A stretch of 64,000 nucleotides of DNA from an uncultured Verrucomicrobiae bacterium (GTDB lineage Bacteria; Verrucomicrobiota; Verrucomicrobiia; Opitutales; JABDGR01). The stretch lies in contig CAVXVB010000008.1 of NCBI GenBank assembly GCA_963765205.1, forward strand, positions 128,001 through 192,000, read 5' to 3'. This document shows, piece by piece, positions 1 to 10,149 of this stretch (within the stretch, counting starts at the first letter, position 1; every line of letters starts with the position of its first letter). Position numbers and translations under genes: made by a program. Under the pieces are notes generated by a model that was not told where the DNA came from, ran no database searches, and saw nothing but the letters and a program-made list of their open reading frames with translations.

Positions 1-872
1 TGCTGGTCTCAAACGCCGACGAATAAACCAAGTCGGCGCGGGTTTGCGCTCGCCAGCGGCGGAAGTCATCCGCGTGGCCGAGCAATGACGGCTTCACCAC
101 CAGCGGCCCGGGCCATTTCGCGGCGACGGCGCGGCGCAGCCTGAGCCAACTGGCCACGCCCTCATCCAGCGCCACCGGCACCGGCGCCGACGGCGGCGGC
201 CCGGGCCTGCTCGCGCCAATGCTGCGGGCCGGTGACGGGCGGAAGCGGTTGCTCAAAAAATTCAAGCGTATGGGCCGAGGGACTGAGCGCTTTCAACTCC
301 GCGCACCACGCAGCCCACTCGAGACGGCTAAGCGCGCCATTGGCGTCCAAGCGCAGGCGGCCGTGCGCGGGCAGCGCGGCGAGCAATTGTTCCAGCAAGG
401 AAAATTCTTCCGAGGACGAGCCGACGCCAATCTTCCATTTAAAGACGCGGTAGCCTTGCGCGGCACGCTGCTCGAGCGCGGCCAGCGCGGCGCGGCCCGC
501 GGGGAGCAATGCGGCCACCGGAAAGGTTTTGATTTTGGCCGGCGGGTGAAATTGGCCGACGAGCATGGCTTGGGCGCAAGAGAGCGCCCAGCGCAGGCAG
601 GCGAGGCGGTCGGGCATGCGGCGCAGTTGGGTTGGCGTCAACCGCTCCGGCGCGTGGCGCAGCCAGGCCAGGTCGCGCGCGGCGGTTTCACCGGTGAAGC
701 CAGGAATCGGCGCGGCTTCGCCCAAGCCCAGCCGGCCATCCGCGTCCCGCAGGCGCACAATCACGCCTTCGCGCACGGTCCACACGCCGTGGCCGGTGGC
801 TTGGGGCCGCGTGAACTTGCGCCGGTAAGCGCGATAGTCAAGACGCAGATAATCGGCACGCGCGTGAGGCAT
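1..872 (-). CDS. menC: o-succinylbenzoate synthase (enolase superfamily); runs off the window; 1-bp frameshift near 185-200
   Basis: GLGEAAP, FKWKIG, LRLDANG and FFEQP motifs. The PVALDE...LVVKPS...VYSSAFET continuation lies in another frame below about 190. Confidence 0.8.
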
Positions 873-1204
873 GGCGCAAGAAGGGGGACGGCCAACATGG
901 CCGCCCCCGGCCCGACTTGCAACCCGCAACTTGGGCTGGGCGCGGGCCGATTGGCCCCCCTGGCGTGGCGCGGTGCTTCAGCCCGCGCTTGGCAGGTGGT
1001 GAATGTTTCCGGGCGCGGACTAAAGCACCCGGATACGCCCACGACTGGATTACGCAGGCAGTGATGGAAGCATGCACCAACTACTTGTCATCAAATTCCC
1101 ACCCGCTTGGAATGGCTAGTTTACATTGTATTTATATATAATATAAATAATAAATTACTCATCCATTAAATGCTGCTTCATGGAGGGGAAAAGACCCCGG
1201 GCGC

Positions 1205-2908
1205 TTAGACGAGGCCTTTAATGCGCAGGGTGAAGGCGTGCTCACCCGGCATTTTTTCGGGCAGCTTGACGGCGAGGCCTTGGTCGTCCTGGGTCCACTC
1301 AAGGGAGCCGTTCAAACCCAACAGGGAAACATCCGTGACCTTGCGGCCGGCGAGTGGCGGGGAGTTGGTGGCAAGACTTTTGATTAAGGCGCGCGGCTCG
1401 GTGGGCAGTGCGAGCACATAAGCGTAAAGGGTGTCGCCCTTGGTGGTGAAGCGGATGTCCGCGCTGGTGTTGGCCGGGGCGGCGCCCCCGGCCCGGCCGC
1501 CGGCGCGGGCGGTGGTGGACGGGCCTTCGCCGTAAATTTTCCACGGGCGGCTGGCATAAATGCCCTCGGAGTTGATGTCCATCCATGCGGTAAGGCCGGC
1601 GAGGAAAGCCTCCTCCTTGTCGTCAATGGTGCCGTCCCCGCGCAAGGGGATGTTGAGCATGAGGTTGCCGTTTTTGCTCACGACATCGGCGAGGGTGGTG
1701 ACGATCTCGGCGACGGTTTTGTAGCCATTGGTTTCCGCGAGGGAGCGTTTGTAATGCCAGTCGCCGATGCAGGTGTCCGTCTGCCACGGATCGGGGCGGA
1801 TGGCATTGGCGGTGGCGCGCTCGATGTCCTCGACAAACGCGCCGACGTGGGCGGGTTCGATGTGTTTGCCGTTGACGACCACATTGACCTTGCCGCCATT
1901 GCGCGCGCAACTGGTGTTATAATAGTGCGTGACCACATCCAGCCCGGCCTGGCCGAGGGGCAGTTCGTTGGTGTCAAAGTAGAGCACGTCGGGGTTATAC
2001 TTATCAATCAGGTCCTGGCAGCGGAGGAACCAGTCCTGGACAAACGTGTCCGCCGGCATCGGGTTGCTTTTGGCGAGGCTGGTGTTTTTGGCATACCAGT
2101 CGCGCACGGCCTGGGCGCTGGTGAGGCCATCGGGCATTTTGACGCTGTTGCCGGTATAAAGCGCCTGGGGGTCGAGGCCCTCCCACCATTTGCCTTTACC
2201 GTCGGCCGGGGTGAGGGTGAAGGCATCATACCGCACGCCGGCGAGGGGGCCTTCGCCATCGTAGCCGTAGGCGGGCTGGAGCCAGCGCGAGGCCCAGGAC
2301 GAATGGTTGCTCACGCCAAAACGCAGGCCGTTGGCCCGCGCGACTTTGGCCCAGGTGCCGACAATGTCTTTTTTCGGGCCGATCTTGACGGCATTCCAAG
2401 CCGAGTATTTGGAATCGAAGGCGTCGAAATTGTCATGATGCGTGCCGAGGGCGAAAAAATATTTCGCCCCGGCGCGTTTGTAGAGCGCGATCAATTTTTC
2501 CGGCTCCCAGTTCTCGGCCTTCCACAAATGATCAATCTCCATGAAGCCGAACTTGGAGGGGTGCCCGTAGGTCTTGACGTGGTAATTATAGGCCGGGTCG
2601 CCCTGAATATACATTTTGCGCGCATACCAGTCGCCCTGTTCGGGCACGCATTGGGCCGTCCAGTGCGCCCACATGCCGAACTTGGCATCGCGATACCAGT
2701 CGGGCACCTGGTAGTTTTTGACGTGGGATTCCCAAGTGGGCTGAAACGGGCCGGGTGCGATGGTGCGGGTGGCCGGCTCTGCGGGATAGGTGGCCCAGGG
2801 CGCGACGTCTGCCGAGGCGCGGGACGACCAGAGCGGCGCCGTCAAGCCCGCGCCGGCGGCCAGTGCGGAAGTTTTTAAGAATTGACGACGGGTGGAGGGG
2901 TTATTCAT
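1205..2908 (-). CDS. alpha-L-fucosidase, GH29, Tat-exported
   Basis: TRRQFLK twin-arginine signal; WYRDAKFGMWAHW, HHDNFD, LYFD, WQTDTCIGDWHY, VSKNGNLMLN motifs. Confidence 0.92.
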   Translation of the reverse strand: MNNPSTRRQFLKTSALAAGAGLTAPLWSSRASADVAPWATYPAEPATRTIAPGPFQPTWESHVKNYQVPDWYRDAKFGMWAHWTAQCVPEQGDWYARKMYIQGDPAYNYHVKTYGHPSKFGFMEIDHLWKAENWEPEKLIALYKRAGAKYFFALGTHHDNFDAFDSKYSAWNAVKIGPKKDIVGTWAKVARANGLRFGVSNHSSWASRWLQPAYGYDGEGPLAGVRYDAFTLTPADGKGKWWEGLDPQALYTGNSVKMPDGLTSAQAVRDWYAKNTSLAKSNPMPADTFVQDWFLRCQDLIDKYNPDVLYFDTNELPLGQAGLDVVTHYYNTSCARNGGKVNVVVNGKHIEPAHVGAFVEDIERATANAIRPDPWQTDTCIGDWHYKRSLAETNGYKTVAEIVTTLADVVSKNGNLMLNIPLRGDGTIDDKEEAFLAGLTAWMDINSEGIYASRPWKIYGEGPSTTARAGGRAGGAAPANTSADIRFTTKGDTLYAYVLALPTEPRALIKSLATNSPPLAGRKVTDVSLLGLNGSLEWTQDDQGLAVKLPEKMPGEHAFTLRIKGLV

Positions 2909-2966
2909 GGGGCGCTTTGGAGAAATTTTACAGCGTCGATTCTAGTCCGGAGTGGCGCGGGCGCGT

Positions 2967-4619
2967 TCAACTGGTGGCGAGGCCAGTGATTTTCAAGGCA
3001 TAGCCGTGCTCGCAAGGCGGTTGGGCGGGCAATTGCGCGGTGAGGCCCTTGGCGTCATGGATCCAGGTGAGTTTGGCCGGGTAGCCGAGGAGTTCGACAT
3101 TTTCGATTTTCCCAGTGACGTTCGGGCTGGTGGAGGCCAGCGGGGCGATGACGACCTCTTTTTCCGGCCAGCCCATGAAAAATGCATACAACGTGCTCCC
3201 TTTGGTGGTGAAGCGCACTTCCTCGGCGGTGAAGTCCTGGCGGCTGTTCTCGTTGAACTGCTGGCCGGGCGGGGGCTTGATTTCCGAACCGGGCCCAGCG
3301 CCGAAAATCTTCCACGGGCGCGTGGCGTGAATCGCTTCGCTGTTGACTGCCATCCAGGCGGTGATGCTCTCGACGATGGCCAGTTCCTTGGCGTCGAGCA
3401 TGCCATTGTTGGGCAGGGGGAAATTCAGCAGGAGATTGCCATTGCGGCTGACGATGTCCACCAGCATGTCAATGACATACTTGGGGGTTTTGTAGCGGGC
3501 GCGCGTATCGTAGTGCCAGTTGCCGACGCAGGTGTCGGTTTGCCACTCGCGCGGCCAAATGGAGTCAACCAAGCCGCGCTCGACATCGAGCACGCACATG
3601 CCGGTGGCCGAGTCGGGCCGGCTTTTGCTGGTGTAGACCGCCTCGACCGCGCCGCCATGGCGGCGCGCGCTGGTGTTGTAAAGATGGGCGAGGAGCGCGA
3701 GGCCGTCATCGCCAAAGGGAATCCCGCCGTCAGTGTAAAGAAGGTCCGGTTCGTATTGGGTGACGAGGTCCAGGATGCGCGCAAAATAGTTTTCCTTCCA
3801 CGACGGCGGCCCCTCGGTGCTCATGGCGATCGCGCCCTTGGCCGGGGCCGTCACCACTTTTTGGACGAAATCCGCCGGCATCTGGCTGTAGTCGTGGTAG
3901 AGATCGGCAAATTGGGGATCATTGCCATCATAAGGCACGCCCGCGAGCGGGCCGGCTTTGTCGCTGCTATGCGCCGTCCCATACCAGCAGAAGCTGTTGG
4001 AGAGGTGCTCGCTCACGCCGAAACGCAGGCCGAGTTTATCCGCGGCTTTTCGGAAGAGCCCGACGACGTCCCGCTGGGGGCCGCTGGCCACCGCATTCCA
4101 GCGGGGTCGATATTTGGAGTTCCAGAGGTCGAAATTGTCGTGATGCACGCCCATGCTGACGAAATACTTCGCGCCGGCTTTTTTATAGAGCCCCAGGAGA
4201 TATTCGGCGTCGAATTTTTCGGCTTTCCAGGACTTGATGACGTCCACGAAGCCCGTTTTCGAAGGGTGGCCGTAATGTTCGAGGTGGTGTTTGTATTGGG
4301 CCTCGCCTTCGACATACAGGCGGCGCGCATACCAATCGCCATATTCGGCGGCGGATTGCGGACCCCAGTGCGCAAAGATGCCAAACTTGGCGTCGCGAAA
4401 CCAATCCGGCGCGTGGTAGGCATTGAGCGAGGCGCGGTTGGCGGCGAAGGGGCCGGGGGGGATTTGCGGCGCGGCGGCCGCGGCGGGCGCCGCCGCGCTG
4501 GGCGCCGCCGCGCTGGCCGCCGCGCGCAGCCGCGCCTGCCAGAGGGGCGTGGAGAGGCCGGCACCCGTGGCGAGGGCGGAGGTTTTTAGGAAACGGCGGC
4601 GGGTGAGCGGGGGGTCCAC
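2967..4619 (-). CDS. alpha-L-fucosidase, GH29, Tat-exported (GTG start)
   Basis: TRRRFLK signal; WFRDAKFGIFAHWG, HHDNFDLW, LLYTDG, VSRNGNLLLN motifs. Confidence 0.92.
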   Translation of the reverse strand: MDPPLTRRRFLKTSALATGAGLSTPLWQARLRAAASAAAPSAAAPAAAAAPQIPPGPFAANRASLNAYHAPDWFRDAKFGIFAHWGPQSAAEYGDWYARRLYVEGEAQYKHHLEHYGHPSKTGFVDVIKSWKAEKFDAEYLLGLYKKAGAKYFVSMGVHHDNFDLWNSKYRPRWNAVASGPQRDVVGLFRKAADKLGLRFGVSEHLSNSFCWYGTAHSSDKAGPLAGVPYDGNDPQFADLYHDYSQMPADFVQKVVTAPAKGAIAMSTEGPPSWKENYFARILDLVTQYEPDLLYTDGGIPFGDDGLALLAHLYNTSARRHGGAVEAVYTSKSRPDSATGMCVLDVERGLVDSIWPREWQTDTCVGNWHYDTRARYKTPKYVIDMLVDIVSRNGNLLLNFPLPNNGMLDAKELAIVESITAWMAVNSEAIHATRPWKIFGAGPGSEIKPPPGQQFNENSRQDFTAEEVRFTTKGSTLYAFFMGWPEKEVVIAPLASTSPNVTGKIENVELLGYPAKLTWIHDAKGLTAQLPAQPPCEHGYALKITGLATS

Positions 4620-4649
4620 GGGGTTTTCTTATTATATAATTATGTGATG

Positions 4650-6389
4650 TTATTTTCCCAATCGCAAGCCGGTGATCTTCAGCGCATACGCGTAGTCGCA
4701 CGGCTTTTCGGCGGGGAATTTCACATGCAGCCCGGCGCTATCCTGCGTAAAGGCGAGCGGAACCTTGGCACCGAGCAGTTCAACTTTCTCGATTTTCCCC
4801 GGGGGCAAATCTTTCGCGCCGGTGGCGAGAGAGGTGATGACCGCCTCGTCGCCCGGCCAACTCATCACCGTCGCATAAAGCGTGTCGCCGTGGGTGGTGA
4901 AGCGGATGTCCTGGGGCTTGTAGCCGCTGCGCGGCAGCCCGCCGCCGCCGACGCCGTCCCCACTCATGTTTTGCCCGTTGATGCGACCCGCAAAATTACC
5001 GGCGGCGCGCAGCTTCACCATCGAGACCGCCACCGCGTCCGCGACGGGGCCTTCGCCAAATTTTATCCACGGACGCGTGGAGTAGATGGCCTCGCCATTC
5101 ACGTCCAGCCATTGGCCAATCGCCAGCAGCACGTCTTGCTGTTCCTGCGGAATGGTGCCGTCCGCCATGGGCGAAATGTTCAGCAGATAATTCCCGTTTT
5201 TACTGACGTTCTCGATGATTCGGTCAATATACCCGCCGGGCGGACCGGGGTGGATGCCTTCGACATAGCCGAATTTGTCCTGAATCGGATCATCCGGCTG
5301 CCAGACCCAATCGGTCAATTCCATCGGCGCCCGGCCTTCGCGTTCGTAGTCCATGATCTGACCGGAAACCCAGGCGGCCGTCTTGGCGCTGATGGCGACC
5401 TCCTTGCCCCATTCCTTGGCGCGGTTGTAATAGTATGCCGCCACGCGAATTTTGAGCGGATCCCAGCTATGGTCGGTGTTCATGTCGAACCAGAGAATGT
5501 CGGGATGGTATTTGTCAATGGTTTCAATTCTCTTGGCCACCCAGTCGTGCATGAATTTGACCCGGGCCGCATTGCTGCGATCCGCGACGCTGTAGAAGGC
5601 GGCCCACTTTGGGTCGTATTCATCACTGTTGGCCAGCGCGGGAATAAACTCGAAATGAAAGCTGGAATGGTCGGAGATACCGGTCTTGAGGCCGACTTTT
5701 TCCACGGCCTTGATGAGATCGCCGTCCAGGTCGCGATGCGGCCCGTAGTTCACGGCGTTGTAGGGGTTAATTGCGCTGTCCCAGTTGGAAAAGCCGTCAT
5801 GATGCTCACCGGGGGCAATGACGTATTTGGCGCCGGCCTTCTTAAATAGCGCGGCCCAGGCGTCCGGATCCCACTTGGCCGCGGTGAACATCGGCAGAAA
5901 GTCCTTGTAGCCAAACTTGGTCGGCGGACCGAAATGGTCGGTGTGCCATTGCATCACGGCGGCATTGCCGCCATACATATAGCGGACATACCACTCGCTG
6001 GCGTGCGCCGGCACAGAATAGATGCCCCAGTGCATCATGATGCCAAATTTGCCGTCGCGGAACCAGGCGGGATCTTGGTAGTTCTGCTGGATGGAATCCC
6101 AAGATTCCGCAAAAGGCCCCGCGGGGATGGCGGGGATGTCCTTCAGGGCGGCGGAAACAAGCTCGGGAGTATCGTGGCCGGACCAGACGGCCGCGTTGAG
6201 GGGGACGGTCGGCGCGGTGACGACGGTGGGATCTTCCACGAGAGAGGTGGCCGCGGCAAGGTTCGTACCCTCAGTGGTGCTGACGCTGGGTGAAGGCGTT
6301 GGCGCGGGCGCCCCAAAAGCTGACCGCATCGTGCAAGCAAAGAGAATGACGGCCAGTGAAGGAATCCTATTGCTTTGGTTGGAGATCAT
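4650..6389 (-). CDS. alpha-L-fucosidase, GH29, Sec-type signal (start uncertain)
   Basis: WFRDGKFGIMMHWG, EHHDGF, ILWFD, VSKNGNYLLN motifs. Confidence 0.9.
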   Translation of the reverse strand: MISNQSNRIPSLAVILFACTMRSAFGAPAPTPSPSVSTTEGTNLAAATSLVEDPTVVTAPTVPLNAAVWSGHDTPELVSAALKDIPAIPAGPFAESWDSIQQNYQDPAWFRDGKFGIMMHWGIYSVPAHASEWYVRYMYGGNAAVMQWHTDHFGPPTKFGYKDFLPMFTAAKWDPDAWAALFKKAGAKYVIAPGEHHDGFSNWDSAINPYNAVNYGPHRDLDGDLIKAVEKVGLKTGISDHSSFHFEFIPALANSDEYDPKWAAFYSVADRSNAARVKFMHDWVAKRIETIDKYHPDILWFDMNTDHSWDPLKIRVAAYYYNRAKEWGKEVAISAKTAAWVSGQIMDYEREGRAPMELTDWVWQPDDPIQDKFGYVEGIHPGPPGGYIDRIIENVSKNGNYLLNISPMADGTIPQEQQDVLLAIGQWLDVNGEAIYSTRPWIKFGEGPVADAVAVSMVKLRAAGNFAGRINGQNMSGDGVGGGGLPRSGYKPQDIRFTTHGDTLYATVMSWPGDEAVITSLATGAKDLPPGKIEKVELLGAKVPLAFTQDSAGLHVKFPAEKPCDYAYALKITGLRLGK

Positions 6390-6804
6390 GAGGGTAAAAC
6401 AGGGGGTTGATAACCGAAACAGGGATAGGGGGAATCGGCGCGGCAGCCGCAAACATTTTGGGTGGCTCAACCGACGCGATTTATTTGACCGCTATTTTCA
6501 ATGGCATGGAACACGGGGTATAATCGTCCGACTTTTTACCAATACGCCTGCCATGGTATGCCTAAACAAGGCGGACGCATGTCTAAAATTGACAGAAGTG
6601 TCGCAAATGAAAAGAACTATTTTTGGGATGCTCAGACTACAGCGAGCGTTGTGATTGGCAAGTGGGGTTGGCTTTGATCAGTCCGGGCGAAGGGCGGGAC
6701 CAGTCCGACTGTTGCCAAGGCGGGAATGAGGATTGCGGTGCCGTTCACGGGGCGGCCGAGGACAGAGACACCGTCAACGGGCATGGCCCAACCACCCCGC
6801 CCTT

Positions 6805-7680
6805 TTAGGCCTGTGCGGCCAATTCCTCTTCACTGTGCCAGGTGACCGGCTCGGGAACCAGGTGTGGCCCGGAGCCGGTTATCTCTGCCGGCGCCGCACC
6901 GCCCTCGCCGAGGGCCACGGCATCAAGCCGCAGGCAAAATTCCTTGTAGGTCAGCACCTCGAAGCGCCCGTCCTCGTGCTCGACGATGGCGGTGAGGGAC
7001 TCGACCCAGTCACCGGAATTGAGGTAATGCACGTCGCCGAGCATCTTGTCCTCCGGCGTGTGGATGTGGCCACAGATGACGCCGACGCAGCCGCGCTGGT
7101 GGGCGAGGCCGCGCAGGTGGTCCTCAAACTTGCCGACGTGGCTGACGGCCTGCTTGACGCGCGCCTTGATGGCCTTGGATATTGAATAATATTCCTGGCC
7201 ACGCCAGGCGCGCCACCGGTTATAGAGGCGGTTGAGGCGCAGCAGGGCATGGTAGCCGATGTCGCCGAGGACGGCGAGGAAGCGGGCATGGGTGGTGACG
7301 GCGTCGAACGCGTCGCCGTGCATGACGAGGTAGCGCCCGCGGGGCGTGACCAGCTCGTAATCCTCGACAAAGCGCAGGGTGTCGAGTTCCAGCGGCAAAT
7401 AGTTGCGCAGAAAGTCGTCGTGGTTGCCGCGCAGGTAAATGATTTCGGCGTCGTGGCGCTGGGCGATTTTGAGGAGGCGGCGCACGCACTTGGTGTGCTC
7501 GCTGGTCCAGTGGTGGCCGCGCTGGATGGCCCAGGCGTCAATGATGTCGCCGTTGAGGATGAGCTTGGCGGCGCGGGTGTGCTTGAGGAAGTGCGTGACT
7601 TCCGCAACCTTGCAGTCGGCGGTGCCGAGATGGAGGTCCGACAGGATGATGGTGCGGTATTGCAGGACCGGTTTTTTCAT
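6805..7680 (-). CDS. LpxH2/PlcP-like metallophosphoesterase (UDP-2,3-diacylglucosamine hydrolase family)
   Basis: SDLHLG, LNGDIID, GNHD, HGD, CGHIH, YLNSGDWVES motifs. Confidence 0.88.
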   Translation of the reverse strand: MKKPVLQYRTIILSDLHLGTADCKVAEVTHFLKHTRAAKLILNGDIIDAWAIQRGHHWTSEHTKCVRRLLKIAQRHDAEIIYLRGNHDDFLRNYLPLELDTLRFVEDYELVTPRGRYLVMHGDAFDAVTTHARFLAVLGDIGYHALLRLNRLYNRWRAWRGQEYYSISKAIKARVKQAVSHVGKFEDHLRGLAHQRGCVGVICGHIHTPEDKMLGDVHYLNSGDWVESLTAIVEHEDGRFEVLTYKEFCLRLDAVALGEGGAAPAEITGSGPHLVPEPVTWHSEEELAAQA

Positions 7681-7762
7681 GCGGGTGAGGCGGCTGGCGA
7701 TTGCGCCCCTTGGCGTGGCGAAAGTATCGGGTTTTCGGCGCAACGCAAAAGGGAAATGCGTC

Positions 7763-7789
7763 GTGTCGCAAATTTTACCCGGCTGTAAC
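7763..7789 (-). promoter_or_regulatory. Pho-box-like direct repeats upstream of the PlcP-like gene
   Basis: Minus strand GTTAC, GTAAA, GACAC at exact 11-bp spacing. Confidence 0.4.
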
Positions 7790-8944
7790 ACAAACGTCGG
7801 ATACGGACGGCCGGGCGAGGTTTATGAGGACGTTTTCGAAGCCGTCCACCACCCGATCCCAAGAAAGGCCCTGGGCCGTGCGGCGGGCGGCGGCGCGCAG
7901 GGGCGGCCACGCGGCACGGGCGGCCAACGCGCGCGCGGCGGCGGCGCGGAAGGCGGCCGGGTCGCCAAAGCCGGCGAGAAATCCGTTTTCCCCGTCGCGC
8001 ACATGGGCGCGCGCGGCGGCGTAATCATAGGCGACGACCACCAGACCGCTGGCCAGCGCCTCGGTGACAACATTGCCGAACGTTTCCGTCGTGCTGGCGA
8101 ACAGAAACAAGTCGCCCGAGGCGTAGTGGCGCGCGAGGTCTTCGCCCCGGCGCAGGCCGGCAAAAATCACGCCCGGAAATTTTTTGGCCAGCGCCGCATG
8201 GAGCGGCCCGTCGCCCACGAGCACAAGTTTCAGATCCGGCTGGGTCGTGCGCAGAGCCGCCCAAGTCTCGACCACCAGCGGTAAATTTTTCTCGGCCGCC
8301 AGCCGGCCGACGCACATCGCCACCGGGGTTTCCGGCGTCGCGCCCCAAGCGGCGCGCAGGGCGTCGTCGCGCCTCGCCGGGTGAAACAACACCGTGTCCA
8401 CGCCGCGGCTCATTAAATGCAAATTGCGAAAGCCGGCGGTTTCGAGCGCGGCGATGACATCCACGGAGGGCGCGAAGGTGCAGGCCGCGCGGTTGTGGAA
8501 CCAGCGGAAATAGGCCAGCCCGGCGTTGTGCAAAAAGCCGACGTGGTAGTGCCGGCTGTAGGCGTGGAAGTTGGTGTGGAAACTCGAACTGATGGGGAGG
8601 GCCAGCGCGCGGGCGGCGTGGAGCGCCGCGAAGCCGAGCGGGCCTTCCACCGCGATATGCACCACGTCGGGCCGGTGCGCGCGCCAATGTTTTTTAAGGC
8701 GGAAGTAAACGGGCAGGCCGAGGGTCAACTCGCGATAACCCGGACAGGGCCAGCCTGGCACGAGCAGTTCGGAATAGGGCATTTCCTCCGCGCCGTCATT
8801 TTTGAACTGCCGAGGGCGCACGACCTCGACCGCGTGCCCGCGGCGGGCAAGCGCGGTGACGAGCCGGTGGAGCGTCATGGCCACACCATTGATTTCCGGC
8901 GGAAAGGTTTCGGTGACGAGGGAGAGTTTCACCCAGGCGCGCAT
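7775..8944 (-). CDS. GT4 (GT-B) glycosyltransferase, Agt-like glycolipid synthase
   Basis: VTETFPPEINGVA, SSFHTNF, VGRLAAEKN, STTETFGNVVTEALASG; paired with the PlcP-like gene. Confidence 0.88.
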   Translation of the reverse strand: MRAWVKLSLVTETFPPEINGVAMTLHRLVTALARRGHAVEVVRPRQFKNDGAEEMPYSELLVPGWPCPGYRELTLGLPVYFRLKKHWRAHRPDVVHIAVEGPLGFAALHAARALALPISSSFHTNFHAYSRHYHVGFLHNAGLAYFRWFHNRAACTFAPSVDVIAALETAGFRNLHLMSRGVDTVLFHPARRDDALRAAWGATPETPVAMCVGRLAAEKNLPLVVETWAALRTTQPDLKLVLVGDGPLHAALAKKFPGVIFAGLRRGEDLARHYASGDLFLFASTTETFGNVVTEALASGLVVVAYDYAAARAHVRDGENGFLAGFGDPAAFRAAAARALAARAAWPPLRAAARRTAQGLSWDRVVDGFENVLINLARPSVSDVCVTAG

Positions 8945-9085
8945 CCGCGCGCTTCCTTTTTACCCGTTTCATGTTACATGAGAAATTCAGGAAGGTTACG
9001 TTCGGATGGCAAAATCGGCCCGACGGCGACTCATTTCTTCGGCCTCGCCCGGCGCGCGGGGTTTTCCTAGTTTGGGTGCTTCCTC

Positions 9086-10000
9086 ATGGCGGCAACCATC
9101 CACCTCCTCACCGGCCCGACGGCGTCGGGCAAGTCGGCCATGGCGCTGGCCTGGGCGCAGGCGCACGGCGCGGAGATTTTGTCGTGCGACGCGTTGCAGG
9201 TCTATCAGGGCCTGGACATCGGCACGGCCAAGCCCACCGCCGCAGAGCGCGCACTCGTGCCGCACCACGGGTTGGATTTGTGCGACGCGGCGCGCACCTA
9301 CTCTGTCGCGGAATACCGCGATTACGCCGCGCGCACCGTGGCGGAAATCCATGGACGCGGGAAGCCGGTGCTGGTGGTGGGCGGCAGCGGCTTTTACCTC
9401 AAATGTTTTTTTGCGCCGGTGGCCGACGACGTGGAGATTCCGGCGGCAGTCGAGCAGGAGGTGCGCGCGCTGGAACAAGCGGGCGGTCTCGCGGCGCTGG
9501 TCGCGCGCCTGCGGGCCGCCAGCCCCGGCGGCACCGGCGCGGTGGACTTGCGCAACCCGCGGCGCGTCTCCCGCGCGCTGGCCCGCTGCCTCGCCAGCGG
9601 CCGGGGCGTCCCGGAACTGGCCGCACGCTTCGCGCAACGCGGCACGCCGTTCGACCATTTCGAGAAAAAGCTTGTGCGCGTGGACCGCCCGCCCGCCGAC
9701 TTGGCTGAGCGGATTCGCGCGCGCGCCGTGGACATGCTGCGCAATGGCCTGATCGAGGAAGTCCGGCAACTGGCCGACGCCTTGCGCGCGAACCCGGCCG
9801 CCGGCTCGGCCATCGGCTACCGCGAAACGCGGGCGTGGCTCGACGCGGGCGGGAAAACTCCGCGCGCGGAATTGGCCGGGGCCATCGCGCGGCGCACGTT
9901 GCAACTGGTCAAAAAGCAGCGCACCTGGTTCCGCACGCAATTGCCCGCGCACCGGGCGATTGATTTAACTGAAAAGTTAGTTTTGGGTTTCGAGTTTTGA
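9086..10000 (+). CDS. miaA: tRNA dimethylallyltransferase
   Basis: GPTASGKS, DALQVYQGLDIGTAKP, VGGSGFY, AIGYRE, KKQRTWF. Confidence 0.95.
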   Translation: MAATIHLLTGPTASGKSAMALAWAQAHGAEILSCDALQVYQGLDIGTAKPTAAERALVPHHGLDLCDAARTYSVAEYRDYAARTVAEIHGRGKPVLVVGGSGFYLKCFFAPVADDVEIPAAVEQEVRALEQAGGLAALVARLRAASPGGTGAVDLRNPRRVSRALARCLASGRGVPELAARFAQRGTPFDHFEKKLVRVDRPPADLAERIRARAVDMLRNGLIEEVRQLADALRANPAAGSAIGYRETRAWLDAGGKTPRAELAGAIARRTLQLVKKQRTWFRTQLPAHRAIDLTEKLVLGFEF

Positions 10001-10146
10001 GTTTCGAGTTGAACCAAGACTCCATCCTTTCACCGCAAAGGCGCAAAGAGCGCAAAGGAGGATTTTTGGTCGGACTTTCCCTTTGCGTTCCTTGCGTCTT
10101 GGCGGTGAATTATCTCGAAACCCAAAACCCGAAACTCGAAACTAAC
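9976..10146. repeat. Nested inverted tandem-repeat element: outer 7-mer arms (TTTCGAG/CTCGAAA), inner 9-mer arms (CGCAAAGRR)
   Basis: Outer arms 9976-10009 and 10113-10146; inner arms 10029-10059 and 10079-10109. Each pair is reverse-complementary. Confidence 0.85.
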
Positions 10147-10149
10147 CCC

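Noticed and set aside
1119..1170. AT-rich near-palindrome as a replication origin or att site
   Set aside because: No DnaA boxes or integrase; compatible with a promoter or terminator region.
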